Shown here: in pieces, positions 27,416-41,149 of the stretch
How positions within the stretch are numbered: the stretch's first letter is position 1
How the letters are laid out: each line of letters opens with the position of its first letter
Assembly (NCBI GenBank): GCA_041649175.1
Contig: JBAZNR010000003.1
Location: 15,449 to 79,448 of the forward strand
DNA length: 64,000 nt
Reading direction: 5' to 3'
Origin: Candidatus Omnitrophota bacterium
GTDB taxonomy: Bacteria; Omnitrophota; Gorgyraeia; Zapsychrales; JBAZNR01
The notes under the pieces: generated by a model
What the model was told of the DNA's origin: nothing
Seen by the model: the letters and a program-made list of their open reading frames with translations, nothing else
Database searches by the model: none
Program-made: the position numbers and the translations under genes

Positions 27416-28095
27416 TGGTTAAACTCAGCAAACGTATGAAAGAAGCAGAAAAGCTTATTACGGAAGGAACCACCGCTCCTCTTAAAGAAGCCGTTGCCCT
27501 TCTCTTGAAATCTCCGAAAGTTAAATTTGACGAAACGATCGAGCTTCATTTTAATTTAAATATCGATGTGAAAAATACCGATCAAAACGTGCGCGGAACA
27601 GTTGTTTTGCCTCACGGAACAGGAAAAACTATTCGCATTGCTGTTATCTGCAAAGGCGCCCCGGCGCAAAAAGCCAAGGAATTAGGCGCGGATCACGTCG
27701 GTGCTGAAGAACTTATCGAGAAGATCTCCAAAGGATTTTTAGATTTTGATTGTATGATCGCCGCTCCGGATATGATGCGTGAGTTAAGTAAATTAGGAAA
27801 AATTTTAGGACCTCGCGGACTTATGCCAAGCCCAAAAGCCGGGACAGTGACGCTTGACGTTGAACGAGCTATCAAGGAAGTCAAGGCGGGTAAAGTTGAG
27901 TTTAAGGCTGATAAGCAAGCCGGAATTCATATCGGAATCGGAAAAAGGTCCTTTGCCGAATTAAAACTTACCGAAAATGCCAACTGTGTCATCGAAGCCA
28001 TTACCCACATGAAACCTGCCAGTGTTAAGGGAAATTTCATAAAAAGTCTTTATCTCGCCTCAACCATGGGGCCTGGAGTTAGGATCGCGCTATGA
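27415..28095 (+). CDS. rplA: 50S ribosomal protein L1
   Basis: It shows L1 family similarity ([16 protein letters not shown]..., GKTIRIAV). Confidence 0.95.
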   Translation: MVKLSKRMKEAEKLITEGTTAPLKEAVALLLKSPKVKFDETIELHFNLNIDVKNTDQNVRGTVVLPHGTGKTIRIAVICKGAPAQKAKELGADHVGAEELIEKISKGFLDFDCMIAAPDMMRELSKLGKILGPRGLMPSPKAGTVTLDVERAIKEVKAGKVEFKADKQAGIHIGIGKRSFAELKLTENANCVIEAITHMKPASVKGNFIKSLYLASTMGPGVRIAL

Positions 28096-28637
28096 GCATC
28101 GTTGCGGATAAAAAAGTCGGAAAATTATTCCGAGAAACGATGGCCGGCCTTATTAAGGAAGGCTTAGAAAAGAGATCAAGCACTTTCGTTGTCAATTATT
28201 CCCGCGTTTCCAGTTCTAAGATGGATGATTTTCGTAAAAATCTTCACCGGGTCGGGGCTGATCTCTATGTTTCGCGAAACAGCATTGCCCGCCGCGCGCT
28301 CAAAGAACTTAAATTTGATACATTAGCCGACAAGCTCGACGGACAAACAGCGTTTATTTGGAGCGATGCTGATTCCGTCGAAGTTTCCAAGGCTTTAGTG
28401 AAATTCTCAAAAAGCTGTGAAGGGATTTTGCTTCGCGGCGGCTTACTTGAAGGAAAAATGCTTGGGCAAGATGATGTTAAGAGATTATCTGATTTGCCTT
28501 CGCGGATCGTTTTGTTGACGATGGTTGCTTCAACACTGCAAGCGCCGTTAAACAGATTAGCAGGTGCTTTAACCGGGAAAACAAGAGACTTATTGTATTT
28601 ATTGAAACAAATCAGCGAACAAAAGGGAGGTAAGTAA
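28092..28637 (+). CDS. rplJ: 50S ribosomal protein L10
   Basis: It shows L10 family similarity and sits in the rplA-rplJ-rplL context. Confidence 0.9.
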   Translation: MSIVADKKVGKLFRETMAGLIKEGLEKRSSTFVVNYSRVSSSKMDDFRKNLHRVGADLYVSRNSIARRALKELKFDTLADKLDGQTAFIWSDADSVEVSKALVKFSKSCEGILLRGGLLEGKMLGQDDVKRLSDLPSRIVLLTMVASTLQAPLNRLAGALTGKTRDLLYLLKQISEQKGGK

Positions 28638-28638
28638 C

Positions 28639-29055
28639 ATGTCAGAAAGTGCCGTGAGTGAAAAAATGTCCTCACCAAAATTGGATGAAGTCATTAAGAC
28701 GATCGAGGGCTTAACCGTCCTGGAGCTTTCCGAGCTCGTCAAGGGTTTGGAAGATAAGTTTGGCATTAAAGCCGCCGCTCCGATGATGGCCGGTCCTATG
28801 ATGGGTGCTCCTGCTGCTGGTGCTGCTGCTCCTGTTGAAGAAAAAACAACATTTGATGTTGTTTTGAAAGCAGCCGGAAGCAACAAGATCGGTGTTATCA
28901 AAGAAGTTAGAGCCGCGACAAACTTAGGCTTAAAAGAAGCCAAAGACTTAGTTGAGGCTGCACCGAAGACCGTCAAGGAAGGCGCTACCAAAGAAGAGGC
29001 TCAAGAGCTTCAAAAGAAGTTGACCGAAGCTGGCGCAACCGTCGAGCTCAAGTAA
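28639..29055 (+). CDS. rplL: 50S ribosomal protein L7/L12
   Basis: The Ala/Pro hinge ([24 protein letters not shown]) is followed by the C-terminal domain [24 protein letters not shown]. Confidence 0.95.
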   Translation: MSESAVSEKMSSPKLDEVIKTIEGLTVLELSELVKGLEDKFGIKAAAPMMAGPMMGAPAAGAAAPVEEKTTFDVVLKAAGSNKIGVIKEVRAATNLGLKEAKDLVEAAPKTVKEGATKEEAQELQKKLTEAGATVELK

Positions 29056-29126
29056 ATCGTTTTAGAAAAAACTTTTGAATAGTTTAACCACGATTCTTTA
29101 GTTTTTTTCAAAGAGGCTTCCTATCA

Positions 29127-32100
29127 ATGCAGAGAAGAAAAATTAAAGATTTTAGCAAAATCCAAGATACCTTTGAATTGCCGGGTCTTTTGGATGTTCA
29201 GCTGAAATCATATGAAGATTTTTTGCAAAAAGAAATTGCTTCCGACCAGCGCAAAGACCAGGGATTAGAAGAAGTTTTTCGTGAAGTTTTTCCTTTGGAA
29301 AGTTATGACGGCCAGACTCGTCTGGAGTATGTCAGCTATTCCATGGGAAAGGAAAAATATTCTTGCCTGGAGTGTCAGCGCCGGGGAATGACATATTCCG
29401 CGCCGTTAAAGGTGAAGCTTCGCTTAGTCACTCCTGTGGACATTAAAGAGCAGGAAGTTTATTTTGGCGATTTTCCTTTAATGACGGATACGGGGACGTT
29501 CATTATTAATGGTGATGAGCGGGTTGTTGTTGCCCAGATCCAGCGTTCGCCGGGTGCTTCCTTTGAAGAAGAAATGCATCCTACCGGAAAAAGCATTTAC
29601 CACGGGCGCATTATTCCTTCCCGTGGCGCTTGGTTTGAAATTAAATACGATCTTAACGATATCCTCTTAGCTTACATTGACCGCCGCAGAAATTTCCCAG
29701 CAACCCAGATTTTAAGAATCATGGGGCTTTCCAATGCCGAAGATATGCAGAAAATGTTCGGCGATGATTTTAGTAAAATTAAAAATACTTTAGAAAAAGA
29801 CCACACCACTTCCAAAGAAGAGGCTTTATTAGATTTCTATCGAAAGATGCGCCCTACCGAACCGGCAACGGCAGAAGTAGCGGAATCATTATTTTATCGA
29901 TTATTTTTTGATCCCAAACGTTACGACTTAACTAAGGTTGGCCGACACATTATCAACCGAAAATTGGGAATGAATATTTCTCCCGATAATCGTGTTTTAG
30001 ATATCGCGACGGTCGTTGAAGTTATGCGATATTTGATGGGATTACGCGATGGGCGGGGAACGACCGATGATATTGACCATCTCGGAAATCGCCGCATTAA
30101 AACCGTCGGAGAATTGGTTCAAAATCAAGTTCGTATCGGTTTAGCGCGTTTGGAACGCTCCATTAAAGAGCGTTTGGTTGTCATGAGCAATTTTGAGAAT
30201 TTGACCGCGCATCATCTGATTAATTCAAGGCTTTTTTCAAATCAAGTTCAAGATTTCTTTGCCCGCAGCCAGCTTTCACAATTCATGGATCAGGTTAATC
30301 CCTTAGCTGAAATGACGCACAAACGCCGTTTAAGCGCCATCGGCCCGGGCGGTTTATCGCGCGAAAGAGCAGGGTTCGAAGTTCGCGATGTTCACCATAC
30401 CCATTACGGCCGCGTTTGTCCTATTGAAACTCCGGAAGGCCCGAACATCGGTTTAATTTCTTCTTTGACCACTTGCGCGCGCATCAATGAATTTGGTTTT
30501 ATTGAAGCTCCTTATCGAAAAGTCGAAGATGGCCGTGTTACACGACGCGTTGATTATTTAACGGCTGATGTCGACGAGACGAAATATATTGCTCAAGCCA
30601 ACGCCATTCTTGATAAGGACGGAAATTTCACCGAAAAAGACGTTGCCTGCCGTCATAAAACTGATTTCCCGAGGGTTCTTCCCAAAAAAGTAGATTACAT
30701 GGACGTATCTCCCAAGCAGCTCGTTTCGGTAGCTACGGCGCTTATTCCGTTTTTGGAACACGACGATGCCAACCGTGCTTTAATGGGATCAAATATGCAA
30801 CGCCAAGCTGTTCCGCTCATGAGTACCGAAGTTCCGTATGTCGGAACCGGTATGGAAGCTAAAGTTGCGAAGGATTCCGGCGTTGTGGTGGTGTCGAAGG
30901 AAGACGGAAAAATAACCCGCGTTGACGCCAAAGAGATCGTTGTCGGAAAAACCACGTATCCTTTAAAGAATTTCCTACGCTCCAATTCAAATACATGCGT
31001 TCATCAAAAGCCCATCGTTGAGCTTGGCGAATATGTGAAAGCCGGCCAGACGATCGCCGATGGCATTGGCACCAAAGACGGAAAGATCGCTTTGGGACGC
31101 AATGCCTTGGTCGCTTTTATGCCTTGGCGTGGATATAATTTTGAAGATGCTATTATCATTAATGAAAGATTAGCCCGCGAAGATAGATTTACTTCCATTC
31201 ATATCGAGCGCTTTGAAGTTGAAGCCCGCGAAACCCGCCTGGGCAACGAAGAAATTACCCGTGATATTCCTAATGTTGGCGAAGATGCTTTAAAAGACTT
31301 GACCGAAGACGGTATTATTCGCGTCGGAGCTGAAGTCAAAGCCGGGGATATCTTGGTTGGAAAAGTAACGCCAAAAAGTGAAAAAGAACTTTCTCCGGAA
31401 GAGCGTCTTTTGCGAGCCATCTTCGGCGAGAAGGCGGCGGATATTCGGGACACATCATTAACGCTTCCTCCTGGAATTGAAGGCGTGGTCGTTAATGTTG
31501 AGATCTTTCAGCGTAGCGAGCGCGGCCGTAAATCCAAAGAAGATAAAACTAAAGAATTAGCGGCTATTCGCGAGATCAAGGAATATTACAAACAAGAAAT
31601 TGAATTCTTAGAGAATGAAAAAGAAAAAAAGCTTTGCAAGATCCTTGGTGTTGATAAGAAGAAATTCGCCAAAATGGAAACCGGTGAGATCAACAGCGAC
31701 GAAGAAGCCCGGGATACCATGGCCTTTTTTAATGACAAGATCAAAGAATTAGCCGAAGAAGAGATCCAGGAAATTGAACGCGTTAAACGCGGCGATGAAC
31801 TTCCCGCAGGTGTTTTAAAGAAAGTCATTGTTTATGTCGCAACAAAACGCAAGCTTTCCGAAGGTGATAAAATGGCCGGCCGTCACGGGAACAAAGGTGT
31901 GGTGGCCAGGATTCTACCCGAAGAAGATATGCCGTTTTTAGCCGACGGAACACCGGTTGAAGTTATTTTAAATCCCTTAGGCGTTCCGTCTCGTATGAAC
32001 GTCGGACAGCTTTTAGAAACACATTTAGGATGGGCGGCTCATGCGCTTGGATTTAATGCGGAAACCCCTGTTTTTAACGGCGCGACCGAACAAGAAATTC

Positions 32101-32582
32101 GCGACTTGTTAAGAGAAGCCAATTTACCTGAAGAGGGTAAAACAGCCGTTTATGACGGCTATACAGGAATGCCGTTTGACCAAAAGGTGACCATTGGCTA
32201 CATCTATATGATGAAGCTTAATCATCTTGTGGATGAGAAAATTCACGCACGTTCCATCGGCCCGTATTCATTAGTTACACAGCAGCCCTTAGGTGGTAAG
32301 GCTCATTTCGGCGGACAGCGTTTCGGAGAAATGGAAGTCTGGGCGCTGGAAGCTTATGGCGCGGCATATACATTACAAGAAATGCTAACGGTTAAAAGTG
32401 ATGATGTTACCGGGCGAAGCCGGATCTATGAGGCGATCGTCAAAGGCGAGCAAAAACTTACCTCTGGGACCCCCGAATCATTTAACGTTTTGATGAAAGA
32501 ACTGCAGGGTTTGTGTTTGGATATCCGCACGGATCTCAGCACTCAATCAAAAACCGAAGCAAAAAAAGATAAGCAAAAATAA
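29127..32582 (+). CDS. rpoB: DNA-directed RNA polymerase subunit beta
   Basis: RpoB blocks are conserved throughout ([11 protein letters not shown], the rifampicin region [34 protein letters not shown]). Confidence 0.97.
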   Translation: MQRRKIKDFSKIQDTFELPGLLDVQLKSYEDFLQKEIASDQRKDQGLEEVFREVFPLESYDGQTRLEYVSYSMGKEKYSCLECQRRGMTYSAPLKVKLRLVTPVDIKEQEVYFGDFPLMTDTGTFIINGDERVVVAQIQRSPGASFEEEMHPTGKSIYHGRIIPSRGAWFEIKYDLNDILLAYIDRRRNFPATQILRIMGLSNAEDMQKMFGDDFSKIKNTLEKDHTTSKEEALLDFYRKMRPTEPATAEVAESLFYRLFFDPKRYDLTKVGRHIINRKLGMNISPDNRVLDIATVVEVMRYLMGLRDGRGTTDDIDHLGNRRIKTVGELVQNQVRIGLARLERSIKERLVVMSNFENLTAHHLINSRLFSNQVQDFFARSQLSQFMDQVNPLAEMTHKRRLSAIGPGGLSRERAGFEVRDVHHTHYGRVCPIETPEGPNIGLISSLTTCARINEFGFIEAPYRKVEDGRVTRRVDYLTADVDETKYIAQANAILDKDGNFTEKDVACRHKTDFPRVLPKKVDYMDVSPKQLVSVATALIPFLEHDDANRALMGSNMQRQAVPLMSTEVPYVGTGMEAKVAKDSGVVVVSKEDGKITRVDAKEIVVGKTTYPLKNFLRSNSNTCVHQKPIVELGEYVKAGQTIADGIGTKDGKIALGRNALVAFMPWRGYNFEDAIIINERLAREDRFTSIHIERFEVEARETRLGNEEITRDIPNVGEDALKDLTEDGIIRVGAEVKAGDILVGKVTPKSEKELSPEERLLRAIFGEKAADIRDTSLTLPPGIEGVVVNVEIFQRSERGRKSKEDKTKELAAIREIKEYYKQEIEFLENEKEKKLCKILGVDKKKFAKMETGEINSDEEARDTMAFFNDKIKELAEEEIQEIERVKRGDELPAGVLKKVIVYVATKRKLSEGDKMAGRHGNKGVVARILPEEDMPFLADGTPVEVILNPLGVPSRMNVGQLLETHLGWAAHALGFNAETPVFNGATEQEIRDLLREANLPEEGKTAVYDGYTGMPFDQKVTIGYIYMMKLNHLVDEKIHARSIGPYSLVTQQPLGGKAHFGGQRFGEMEVWALEAYGAAYTLQEMLTVKSDDVTGRSRIYEAIVKGEQKLTSGTPESFNVLMKELQGLCLDIRTDLSTQSKTEAKKDKQK

Positions 32583-32592
32583 GGCTCAAACT

Positions 32593-35500
32593 ATGCTGAC
32601 AGAAGGACAGAAAGAATACGATTGCATTACGATTAAGATTGCCTCACCGCAGGTCATTCGCTCTTGGTCCCACGGTTCAGTGAAAAAAGCGGAAACGCTT
32701 AACTATCGAACTTTGAAGCCGGAAAAGGACGGGCTTTTTTGCGAAAAGATCTTTGGCCCGGTTCGTGACTGGGAATGTAATTGCGGTAAATATAAAGGCA
32801 TTAAGTTCAAGGGCATTACCTGCGATCGTTGCGGCGTTACGATCACTCGCTCATCGGTCCGTCGGGAACGCATGGGCCATATTGATTTGGCGTGTCCGGT
32901 AACACACATTTGGTTCTATAAAGCTGTCCCAAGCCGTTTGGCGGCTCTTCTCGAAGTCGGCTTACGTGACCTAGAAAAGATTATTTATTATGAAGAATAT
33001 ATTGTTGTTGACCCCGGTGGAACTTCTCTTAAGAAAAAAGAATTACTCAATGAGGACAAATATCAAGAATGTCTTTTAAAATATCCCGGTGGTTTTAAAG
33101 CGAAGATCGGCGCCGAAGCCGTTCGCGATCTTTTAAGAGAAATTGATATCAGCGCTCTTTGCAAAAAACTTCGTAAAGATCTAGAAAAAGCAAATCCGAC
33201 CGGAACGAATATCAAAAAGATCGCCAAGGTGCTTAATATCGCCGAGGAATTTAAGAATTCCGGCAATTTGGCGGAGTGGATGATCTTAGATGTCCTTCCC
33301 GTTATTCCTCCCGACCTGCGTCCTTTAGTTCCTCTAGAAGGCGGGCGTTTTGCCACATCAGACTTAAATGATCTCTATCGCCGTGTCATTAATCGCAACA
33401 ATCGTTTAAAGAAATTGTTGGATTTGAATGCTCCGGAAATTATTATTCGTAATGAAAAACGTATGCTGCAGGAAGCCGTTGACGCGCTTTTAGATAATGG
33501 CCGTCACGGACGTCCGGTGCTTGGTTCCGGAAATCGTCCCTTAAAATCTTTATCAGATATGTTAAAGGGTAAGCAGGGAAGATTCCGTATGAATCTTTTA
33601 GGTAAACGCGTGGATTATTCCGGACGTTCTGTTATCGTCGTCGGACCGGAATTGAAATTGCATCAATGCGGGCTTCCTAAAAAGATGGCTCTGGAACTTT
33701 TTGAACCATTCATTATCCGTAAATTACGCGAAAAAGGTTTTGTCCATACGATCAAGGGTGCTAAGAGAATGGTAGAACGCGCCAAGATCGAAGTATGGGA
33801 TATCTTAGATGAAGTTATCAAAGATCATCCTGTGATGCTCAACCGTGCTCCGACATTGCATCGTTTAAGCGTTCAGGCATTCCAGCCGCTTTTAGTCGAA
33901 GGAAAGGCTATCAAGCTCCATCCATTAGTTTGCGCGGCTTTTAACGCGGACTTTGACGGAGACCAAATGGCCGTGCACGTTCCTTTATCTTTGGAAGCGC
34001 AGATCGAGTGCCGTATTGAGCTGCTTTCCGTTAATAATATTTTCTCTCCAGCCGACGGCCGTCCGGTCATCGCTCCAACACAAGATGTTATTTTGGGGCT
34101 TTATTATCTTACAAAGGATAAAGCCGGCGGAAATTCGGAAGGAAAATTATTTTCTAATGCCCAAGAAGTTCTGATCGCGAATAATGACGGGCTCATTGAT
34201 TTGCATACGCGCATTAAACTTAAATTAAAAGGGCATGTTTGGGGAGATGAGAAGCCTTCTTTAGTCATTCCTCAGGAAGAATCCGGAAAAAAAGACGACA
34301 AGAAAAAATCCGAAGAGGTCCATCAGCATATTCCTATTATCGAGACAACCGTCGGGCGAGTTATGCTTAATGAAATCCTGCCGGAAGGTTTTGGTTATGT
34401 GAATGAAACATTAAATAAAAAGAGAGTCGGTGCTATCATTTCCGATTGCTATAAACGCTTTGCACAGCACAGAACTGTTGTTCTTTTGGATGCCCTGAAA
34501 GATATCGGTTTTAAATGGGCCACGCTCGGCGGTATTTCGATCGGCATTGCTGATCTGCTTATTCCTAAAGAAAAAGAAGATGCGATCAAATCAGCGAAGC
34601 AAGAAGTCGGCAAGGTGGAAGATCAATATCGCAAAGGTATTATTACCGAACGTGAACGCTACAATAAGATCATTGACGTTTGGACGCATGCGACTGAATC
34701 ATTGTCAGATCTCGTTTTCAAAGAAATGGATCCTTTTAATCCGGTTTTTATTATGGCGGATTCCGGAGCGCGCGGGTCGCGTCTTCAGGTGCGTCAGCTT
34801 TCCGGTATGCGCGGACTTATGGCGAAACCGTCGGGTGAGATCATCGAAAATCCGATCACGGCCAGTTTCCGTGAAGGCTTAACAGTTTTGGAATATTTTA
34901 TTTCAACACACGGTGCGCGAAAAGGTTTGGCTGATACGGCTTTAAAAACCGCGGATGCCGGTTACTTGACACGCCGATTGGTTGACGTTGCTCAAGAAAT
35001 TGTTATTTCCGAAATTGATTGCGGCACTGTTAACGGTATTACCGTTTCTGCCATTATTGAAGGAGACGAAGTTGTCGTTAGCTTAAAAGAAAGAATCGTT
35101 GGCCGCGTTGCTTTAGATAATATCGTGGATGTTATTACGGATCAGCTGATCGTCGAAGCCGGCGAACAAATTTCCGAAGATAAAGCGGAAGTCATCGAAC
35201 AGCTTGGCATGGAAAAAGTGCGCATCCGCAGTGTTTTGACTTGCGAATCTGAGCGTGGCCTTTGCGTTAAATGTTACGGGCGCAATTTAGCAACGCAAAG
35301 ACTTGTGGAAATTGGGGAAGCGGTTGGAATTATTGCCGCGCAAAGTATCGGTGAACCCGGTACGCAGTTGACCATGAGAACTTTCCATATCGGTGGTACG
35401 GCGAGCCGTGCGATCGAGCAATCTTATATTCGCTCAAAGAGCGAAGGTCTCATTAAATATCACAAATTACGCGTTGTCCAAAAAGGAAAAGAATTTGTTG

Positions 35501-36711
35501 TTTTGAACCGGAACGGATCGATCAGCATCAATGATGAATTCGGCCGCGAATTTGAACGCCATCAACTTCCTCAAGGTGCTACCATTACGGTGGAAGACGG
35601 CGGAAAAATCGGCAAGGGTATTATCTTCGTTAGCTGGGATCCTTATACGATTCCGATCATCACGGAAGTCAGAGGTGTTGTGAATTTTGAAGACATCAAA
35701 GATGACGTGACGGTTCGCCAGGAACAAAATCCGGTGACCGGGATCACAGAATGCGTTGTGGTCGAGCATAAACAAGATTTTCATCCGCAGATCATTGTTA
35801 CCGACGAGAAAAAAGAAGTTTTAGGGATTTATTCCATTCCGGTCGGCGCTCATATTTTGGTTAAAGATAATCAGACCGTAAACGGCGGAGAGTTGTTGGC
35901 CAAGATCCCGCGCGGTGTTGGTAAGACACGCGATATTACCGGAGGTCTTCCTCGCGTTGCGGAATTGTTCGAAGCCAGACGCCCGAAAGATCCGGCAGTT
36001 ATCAGTGAGATCGACGGCTTTGTGGAATTCGGCGAAGATAAAAAAGGCTTACGTACTATCGTTGTTCGCAGCACGACCGGGATGAGTAAAGATTACACAA
36101 TTCCTCACGGAAAACATCCTACCGTTTATAAAGGTGACCGTGTTTTTGCCGGGCAACAATTGACGGAAGGGCCGGTTGTTCCGCAAGATATTTTAAGAGT
36201 CTGCGGTGATAAAGTTTTGCAAGAATATTTATTGAATGAAGTTCAAGAAGTTTATCGTCTTCAGGGCGTGCGCATTAATGATAAACATCTCGAACTTATT
36301 ATTTCTCAAATGCTTAAAAAAGTACGCATTGATGATGGCGGCGACACGCCGTTTTTAGTGGGCCAACAGATCGATCGCGTATTATTCAAAAGGGCAAATG
36401 AAAAAGTCTTAAAAGAAAAAGGAAAACCCGCTTCGGCAACACCGCTATTATTAGGGATCACAAAGGTGTCGTTGACGACGGAAAGTTTCATTTCCGCGGC
36501 CAGCTTCCAAGAAACAACAAGAGTCTTGACAGAAGCCGCTGCTTCTGGTAAAACTGACCTCTTACGCGGGCTCAAAGAAAATGTCATTGTAGGCCATTTG
36601 ATCCCTGCGGGGACAGGGTTCTACCGACATCATGATGTGGAGATAGTAAAACATGCCAACGATAGCGCAGCTGATACGAAAGAGCAGAAACCTCAAGAAG
36701 AAAAAGAGTAA
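32593..36711 (+). CDS. rpoC: DNA-directed RNA polymerase subunit beta'
   Basis: Zn finger CNCGKYKG...CDRCGV, the catalytic [12 protein letters not shown] and the trigger-loop and bridge-helix regions are all present. Confidence 0.97.
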   Translation: MLTEGQKEYDCITIKIASPQVIRSWSHGSVKKAETLNYRTLKPEKDGLFCEKIFGPVRDWECNCGKYKGIKFKGITCDRCGVTITRSSVRRERMGHIDLACPVTHIWFYKAVPSRLAALLEVGLRDLEKIIYYEEYIVVDPGGTSLKKKELLNEDKYQECLLKYPGGFKAKIGAEAVRDLLREIDISALCKKLRKDLEKANPTGTNIKKIAKVLNIAEEFKNSGNLAEWMILDVLPVIPPDLRPLVPLEGGRFATSDLNDLYRRVINRNNRLKKLLDLNAPEIIIRNEKRMLQEAVDALLDNGRHGRPVLGSGNRPLKSLSDMLKGKQGRFRMNLLGKRVDYSGRSVIVVGPELKLHQCGLPKKMALELFEPFIIRKLREKGFVHTIKGAKRMVERAKIEVWDILDEVIKDHPVMLNRAPTLHRLSVQAFQPLLVEGKAIKLHPLVCAAFNADFDGDQMAVHVPLSLEAQIECRIELLSVNNIFSPADGRPVIAPTQDVILGLYYLTKDKAGGNSEGKLFSNAQEVLIANNDGLIDLHTRIKLKLKGHVWGDEKPSLVIPQEESGKKDDKKKSEEVHQHIPIIETTVGRVMLNEILPEGFGYVNETLNKKRVGAIISDCYKRFAQHRTVVLLDALKDIGFKWATLGGISIGIADLLIPKEKEDAIKSAKQEVGKVEDQYRKGIITERERYNKIIDVWTHATESLSDLVFKEMDPFNPVFIMADSGARGSRLQVRQLSGMRGLMAKPSGEIIENPITASFREGLTVLEYFISTHGARKGLADTALKTADAGYLTRRLVDVAQEIVISEIDCGTVNGITVSAIIEGDEVVVSLKERIVGRVALDNIVDVITDQLIVEAGEQISEDKAEVIEQLGMEKVRIRSVLTCESERGLCVKCYGRNLATQRLVEIGEAVGIIAAQSIGEPGTQLTMRTFHIGGTASRAIEQSYIRSKSEGLIKYHKLRVVQKGKEFVVLNRNGSISINDEFGREFERHQLPQGATITVEDGGKIGKGIIFVSWDPYTIPIITEVRGVVNFEDIKDDVTVRQEQNPVTGITECVVVEHKQDFHPQIIVTDEKKEVLGIYSIPVGAHILVKDNQTVNGGELLAKIPRGVGKTRDITGGLPRVAELFEARRPKDPAVISEIDGFVEFGEDKKGLRTIVVRSTTGMSKDYTIPHGKHPTVYKGDRVFAGQQLTEGPVVPQDILRVCGDKVLQEYLLNEVQEVYRLQGVRINDKHLELIISQMLKKVRIDDGGDTPFLVGQQIDRVLFKRANEKVLKEKGKPASATPLLLGITKVSLTTESFISAASFQETTRVLTEAAASGKTDLLRGLKENVIVGHLIPAGTGFYRHHDVEIVKHANDSAADTKEQKPQEEKE

Positions 36712-37024
36712 GTCACCGGCTCTCACCAATTGCCCGCAACGGCGTGGTGTATGTTTACAGGTGAAAACGATGACGCCTAAAAAACCGAATTCGGCGTTAC
36801 GTAAGATCGCCAGAGTTCGTCTTTCCAATGGGGTGGAAGTGACGTCGTATATTCCGGGAGAAGGGCACAATCTTCAGGAACATTCAATTGTTTTAGTTAG
36901 GGGCGGGCGCGTTAAAGATTTACCAGGTGTTCGTTATCATACTGTCCGTGGGACGCTTGACACGGCCGGTGTACAAAATAGAAAAAAATCACGTTCAAAA
37001 TACGGTGCAAAGGCCTCTAAATAA
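36653..37024 (+). CDS. rpsL: 30S ribosomal protein S12
   Basis: [12 protein letters not shown]...KSPAL...[53 protein letters not shown] is the S12 signature. Its start overlaps the rpoC 3' end by 59 nt. Confidence 0.95.
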   Translation: MPTIAQLIRKSRNLKKKKSKSPALTNCPQRRGVCLQVKTMTPKKPNSALRKIARVRLSNGVEVTSYIPGEGHNLQEHSIVLVRGGRVKDLPGVRYHTVRGTLDTAGVQNRKKSRSKYGAKASK

Positions 37025-37494
37025 TGCGTAGACGAGCTGCTGAAAAAAGAGAAGCGATCCCAGATCCAAAATATAACAGTATTTTGGTCGCAAAATTTGT
37101 TAATACCTTAATGGTCGAAGGAAAGAAATCCTTAGCCGAGAAAATTGTTTATGGGGCTTTTGAGATCTTAAAACAAAAAACTTCCGAAACGGATGCATTA
37201 AAGATCTTCAACAAGGCGATCGATAATGTTCGTCCGCGACTGGAGTTGAAGCCCAGAAGAGTGGGCGGGGCAACATACCAAATTCCGGTGGAAGTCACAT
37301 CGCAACGCGGAAACTCAATTGCTATGCGCTGGCTAAGAGATTTCTCCAGAGCGAAAAAGGGCAAGCCCATGATGATCAAGTTATCTGAAGAACTTTTGGC
37401 GGCTTATAAAGGTGAAGGCCCGGCAATTAAAAAACGAGATGAGACACATAAGATGGCAGAAGCCAACAAGGCCTTTGCTCATCTTCGGTGGTAA
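37024..37494 (+). CDS. rpsG: 30S ribosomal protein S7
   Basis: It shows S7 family similarity ([28 protein letters not shown]). Confidence 0.95.
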   Translation: MRRRAAEKREAIPDPKYNSILVAKFVNTLMVEGKKSLAEKIVYGAFEILKQKTSETDALKIFNKAIDNVRPRLELKPRRVGGATYQIPVEVTSQRGNSIAMRWLRDFSRAKKGKPMMIKLSEELLAAYKGEGPAIKKRDETHKMAEANKAFAHLRW

Positions 37495-37498
37495 TTTT

Positions 37499-39601
37499 AT
37501 GGCAACTATCGCAAACATTCCTTTAAATAAAACGCGCAATATCGGCATTATTGCCCATATTGACGCCGGAAAAACCACGACCACGGAACGCATCCTTTAT
37601 TATACCGGTATGATCCATAAGATCGGTGATATTGATGAAGGCACGACTACGATGGATTGGATGCCCCAAGAGCAGGAACGAGGCATTACCATCACATCCG
37701 CCAATACAACCGTTTACTGGAAAGATTTCCGTATTAATATTATTGATACTCCTGGCCACGTTGATTTTACAATTGAAGTCGAACGGTCCTTAAAAGTTTT
37801 GGACGGCGCGGTCGTTGTTTTATGCGCCACAAGTGGTGTCCAGCCTCAAACCGAAACAGTTTGGCGTCAGGCTGACCGTTATAAAGTTCCGCGCATTATG
37901 TTCATCAACAAAATGGATAGAATGGGCGCTAATTTTGAAAATGTTTTAACGCAGATTGATGATCGGCTTGGTGCCCATGCGTCTCCTATCCAGATCCCAA
38001 TGGGATTTGCCGAAAATTTTGGCGGCATTATTGATCTGGTCAATGAGAAGCTAATTGTGTATACGAGCGAAGACGGAGATGAATTTGTTCTTAAAGAAAT
38101 TCCGGAAGACTATAAAGAAAAGACGAAGGAATTTCGCCACAAGCTAATAGAAAAATTAGCCGAAGTTGATGATAAGATCATGGAAAATTTTGTTAACGAA
38201 AAACCAGTCTCCATTCAAGATATTAACGAAGCCATTAGGCGTACCACGCTAAAAAATGAATTTGTCCCGATCCTTTGCGGATCGTCCCTTAAGAACAAAG
38301 GTGTCCAGATGGTCATTGATGCCGCCTGCGATTACCTGCCTTCACCTCTCGATGTCCCTCCTGTTAAAGGAATTAATCCCGATAATGATGAAGCCGTAGA
38401 AAGAAATACCGACCCTAAAACACCGTTTTGCGGGCTTGTGTTTAAGATCGCCCTCGATCCTTACGTCGGAAAATTATATTATACGCGTATTTATTCCGGG
38501 AAACTTGTTTCCGGTTCGACCATTTATAATTCGTCACAAAAAGTTAAAGAAAGAATTGCCAAGATGTTGTTGATGCGCGCTAATAAGCAGGAAATTATTA
38601 ATGATGCGTCAGCCGGGGAGATCGTTGCTTTGGTCGGGTTAAAAGAAGCAAAATCCGGTGATACCATTTGCGATGCGGCTCATCCTGTTGTTCTTGAAAA
38701 TATGCGTATTCCTGAACCTGTTGTGTCCATGGCCATTGAACCAAAAACAAAAGCGGATCAGGACAAGATGGGTATGACGCTAAGAAAGTTTACCGACGAA
38801 GATCCCTCATTGCGAGTTCAATATGACCATGAAACAGCGGAAACGATCATTTCTGGAATGGGTGAACTTCATTTGGAAATCATCATTGACCGCATGAAAC
38901 GCGAATTTGGATTAGATACCAATGTGGGCCGCCCGCAGGTTGCCTATAAAGAAACGATTACGAATAAGGTCAGCGGCGTAACAGGAAAATTTATTTCACA
39001 ATCCGGCGGCCGCGGTCAATACGGTCATGTTATTATTGATGTTTCTCCTGCCGAAGAGCGCGGCAAGGGTGTCATTTTTGTTGATAAGATCAGAGGCGGA
39101 TCAATTCCTCGCGAATATATTAAGCCGGTTGAGCAGGGAATTCGTAATGCCGCTTTGTCAGGAATTTTAGCCGGCTATCCGGTGACCGATCTGATCGTTA
39201 CCTTAGTGGATGGTTCTTATCACGAAGTTGATTCCAGCGAATTGGCGTTCCAATTGGCGGCAAAATATGCTTTACAAGAAGCGCTTCAAAAGGGCAAATC
39301 AATATTCTTAGAGCCAATTATGGATCTAGAGGTTACTGTTCCGGAAGATTTCATGGGATCGGTCATCGGTGATTTAAATACGCGCCGCGCCAAGATCATT
39401 GCCATGGGAACACGCGGTAAATTAAAGACCGCTCGTTGCGAAACGCCTTTGGCGGAGATGTTCAATTACGCGAACGCACTGCGTTCTTTATCGCAAGGGC
39501 GCGCGACGTTTTCTATGGAGCCGGCATTTTATGCCGAGGTTCCGCATCACGTAGCCGAAAAAATTATCGGCAAAAAAGAAGCTACTGCTGAAAAAAAATA
39601 A
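37499..39601 (+). CDS. fusA: Elongation factor G (start at ATG 37499, just after the rpsG stop)
   Basis: [26 protein letters not shown] is the G1 motif. DTPGHVDF and NKMD follow, and domains II-V are EF-G-like. Confidence 0.97.
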   Translation: MATIANIPLNKTRNIGIIAHIDAGKTTTTERILYYTGMIHKIGDIDEGTTTMDWMPQEQERGITITSANTTVYWKDFRINIIDTPGHVDFTIEVERSLKVLDGAVVVLCATSGVQPQTETVWRQADRYKVPRIMFINKMDRMGANFENVLTQIDDRLGAHASPIQIPMGFAENFGGIIDLVNEKLIVYTSEDGDEFVLKEIPEDYKEKTKEFRHKLIEKLAEVDDKIMENFVNEKPVSIQDINEAIRRTTLKNEFVPILCGSSLKNKGVQMVIDAACDYLPSPLDVPPVKGINPDNDEAVERNTDPKTPFCGLVFKIALDPYVGKLYYTRIYSGKLVSGSTIYNSSQKVKERIAKMLLMRANKQEIINDASAGEIVALVGLKEAKSGDTICDAAHPVVLENMRIPEPVVSMAIEPKTKADQDKMGMTLRKFTDEDPSLRVQYDHETAETIISGMGELHLEIIIDRMKREFGLDTNVGRPQVAYKETITNKVSGVTGKFISQSGGRGQYGHVIIDVSPAEERGKGVIFVDKIRGGSIPREYIKPVEQGIRNAALSGILAGYPVTDLIVTLVDGSYHEVDSSELAFQLAAKYALQEALQKGKSIFLEPIMDLEVTVPEDFMGSVIGDLNTRRAKIIAMGTRGKLKTARCETPLAEMFNYANALRSLSQGRATFSMEPAFYAEVPHHVAEKIIGKKEATAEKK

Positions 39602-39640
39602 TTGAAAATTAGGGAAAAATAAAAAAAGGGGGATGGGGTT

Positions 39641-40834
39641 ATGGCAAAAGAAAAGTTTGTAAGAAATAAACCGCACTTAAATATCGGGACCATTGGTCAC
39701 GTTGATCATGGTAAGACGACATTGAGCGCGGCCATTACGCTTGTCTTAAGCAAGCAAGGTTTAGCCCAAGCTCGTGCGTATGATACGATCGACAATGCTC
39801 CTGAAGAAAAAGAGCGTGGCGTTACGATCAATATTTCGCACATTGAATATGAAACAACCAATCGGCATTATGCTCACATCGACTGCCCAGGACACGCCGA
39901 TTATATTAAAAACATGATCACCGGTGCTGCCCAGATGGACGGAGCGATCTTGGTCGTTTCTGCCGCTGACGGCCCGATGCCTCAAACCAGAGAGCATATT
40001 CTTTTAGCTCGCCAGGTTAATGTTCCTCAGGTCGTTGTGTTCATGAACAAATGCGATCAAGTTGAGGACAAAGAACTCTTAGATTTGGTTGAACTCGAGA
40101 TCAGAGACCTTTTGACCAAATATAAGTTCCCCGGGGACAAGACGCCTATTATTAGAGGAAGCGCTCTTGAGGCCATGAATCACATCGATAATGCAGAGAA
40201 AACCAAGCCTATTCTTGATCTTATGAAGGCTGTTGATGAATTTATTCCAACACCGGTACGCGATTTGGATAAACCGTTCTTGATGGCCGTCGAAGACGTC
40301 TTCTCGATTTCCGGCCGCGGAACAGTTGCCACAGGCCGTGTTGAAAAAGGCGTCGTCAAAGTTGGCGAAGAAGTTGACGTGGTTGGTCTTCGTCCTGCCG
40401 TCGGTAAAACGGTTGTTACAGGCGTTGAAATGTTCCGCAAAGAATTGGAACAAGGTCAAGCCGGCGACAACCTAGGTTTACTTTTGCGCGGTATGGATAA
40501 AGACTCCATGGAACGAGGCATGGTTTTAGCCAAGCCAGGTTCTATTACGCCTCATACCAAGTTTAAAGCCCAGGTTTACGTTTTAACCAAGGAAGAGGGC
40601 GGTCGCCATACGCCGTTTTTCAAAGGTTATCGTCCGCAATTCTATTTTAGAACGACCGACGTAACCGGCGCCGCCGAATTACCTGCAGGCGTTGAAATGT
40701 GTATGCCTGGTGATAATGTTATGCTCGAAGTTGAACTTATTTCTCCGGTTGCCATGGAAAAAGAATCACGTTTCGCTATTCGCGAAGGTGGACGTACCGT
40801 CGGCGCAGGAGTTATCTCAGAGATCATTAAATAA
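39641..40834 (+). CDS. tuf: Elongation factor Tu
   Basis: [23 protein letters not shown] and NKCD are the EF-Tu GTPase motifs. Confidence 0.97.
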   Translation: MAKEKFVRNKPHLNIGTIGHVDHGKTTLSAAITLVLSKQGLAQARAYDTIDNAPEEKERGVTINISHIEYETTNRHYAHIDCPGHADYIKNMITGAAQMDGAILVVSAADGPMPQTREHILLARQVNVPQVVVFMNKCDQVEDKELLDLVELEIRDLLTKYKFPGDKTPIIRGSALEAMNHIDNAEKTKPILDLMKAVDEFIPTPVRDLDKPFLMAVEDVFSISGRGTVATGRVEKGVVKVGEEVDVVGLRPAVGKTVVTGVEMFRKELEQGQAGDNLGLLLRGMDKDSMERGMVLAKPGSITPHTKFKAQVYVLTKEEGGRHTPFFKGYRPQFYFRTTDVTGAAELPAGVEMCMPGDNVMLEVELISPVAMEKESRFAIREGGRTVGAGVISEIIK

Positions 40835-40838
40835 CATC

Positions 40839-41141
40839 ATGCAAAAAATCCGCATAAAGCTGAAGGCTTACGACCATAGACTCATTGATCAGTCGACCCA
40901 AGAGATCGTCGATACGGCTCTGCGCACGGGCGCAAAAGTGTCGGGACCAATCCCCCTACCGACTAAAAAAGAGTTGTATACGGTTTTGCGTTCTCCGGTC
41001 ATTGATAAAAAGTCACGAGAACAATTTAAGTTAACGACGCATAAGCGCTTGATTGATCTCATTGAGCCAACGGCAAAAACAGTTGAGGCATTGCGGAAGC
41101 TGAATTTACCAGCAGGCGTTGATGTTGAAATAAAACAATAG
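40839..41141 (+). CDS. rpsJ: 30S ribosomal protein S10 (start at ATG 40839; the ORF-track 5' extension overlaps tuf)
   Basis: [19 protein letters not shown]...[10 protein letters not shown]...[14 protein letters not shown]...HKRLIDL is the S10 signature. Confidence 0.95.
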   Translation: MQKIRIKLKAYDHRLIDQSTQEIVDTALRTGAKVSGPIPLPTKKELYTVLRSPVIDKKSREQFKLTTHKRLIDLIEPTAKTVEALRKLNLPAGVDVEIKQ

Positions 41142-41149
41142 GACATAAA

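Noticed and set aside
40692-40838. 5' extensions in the ORF track for rpsJ (MKCVCLVIM...), rplR (48160), rplE (46491), fusA (37412), secE (26195) and pilP (2324)
   Set aside because: The extensions overlap the preceding gene or a tRNA and lack homology. The conserved protein N-termini begin at internal ATGs located right after the upstream stop codons.
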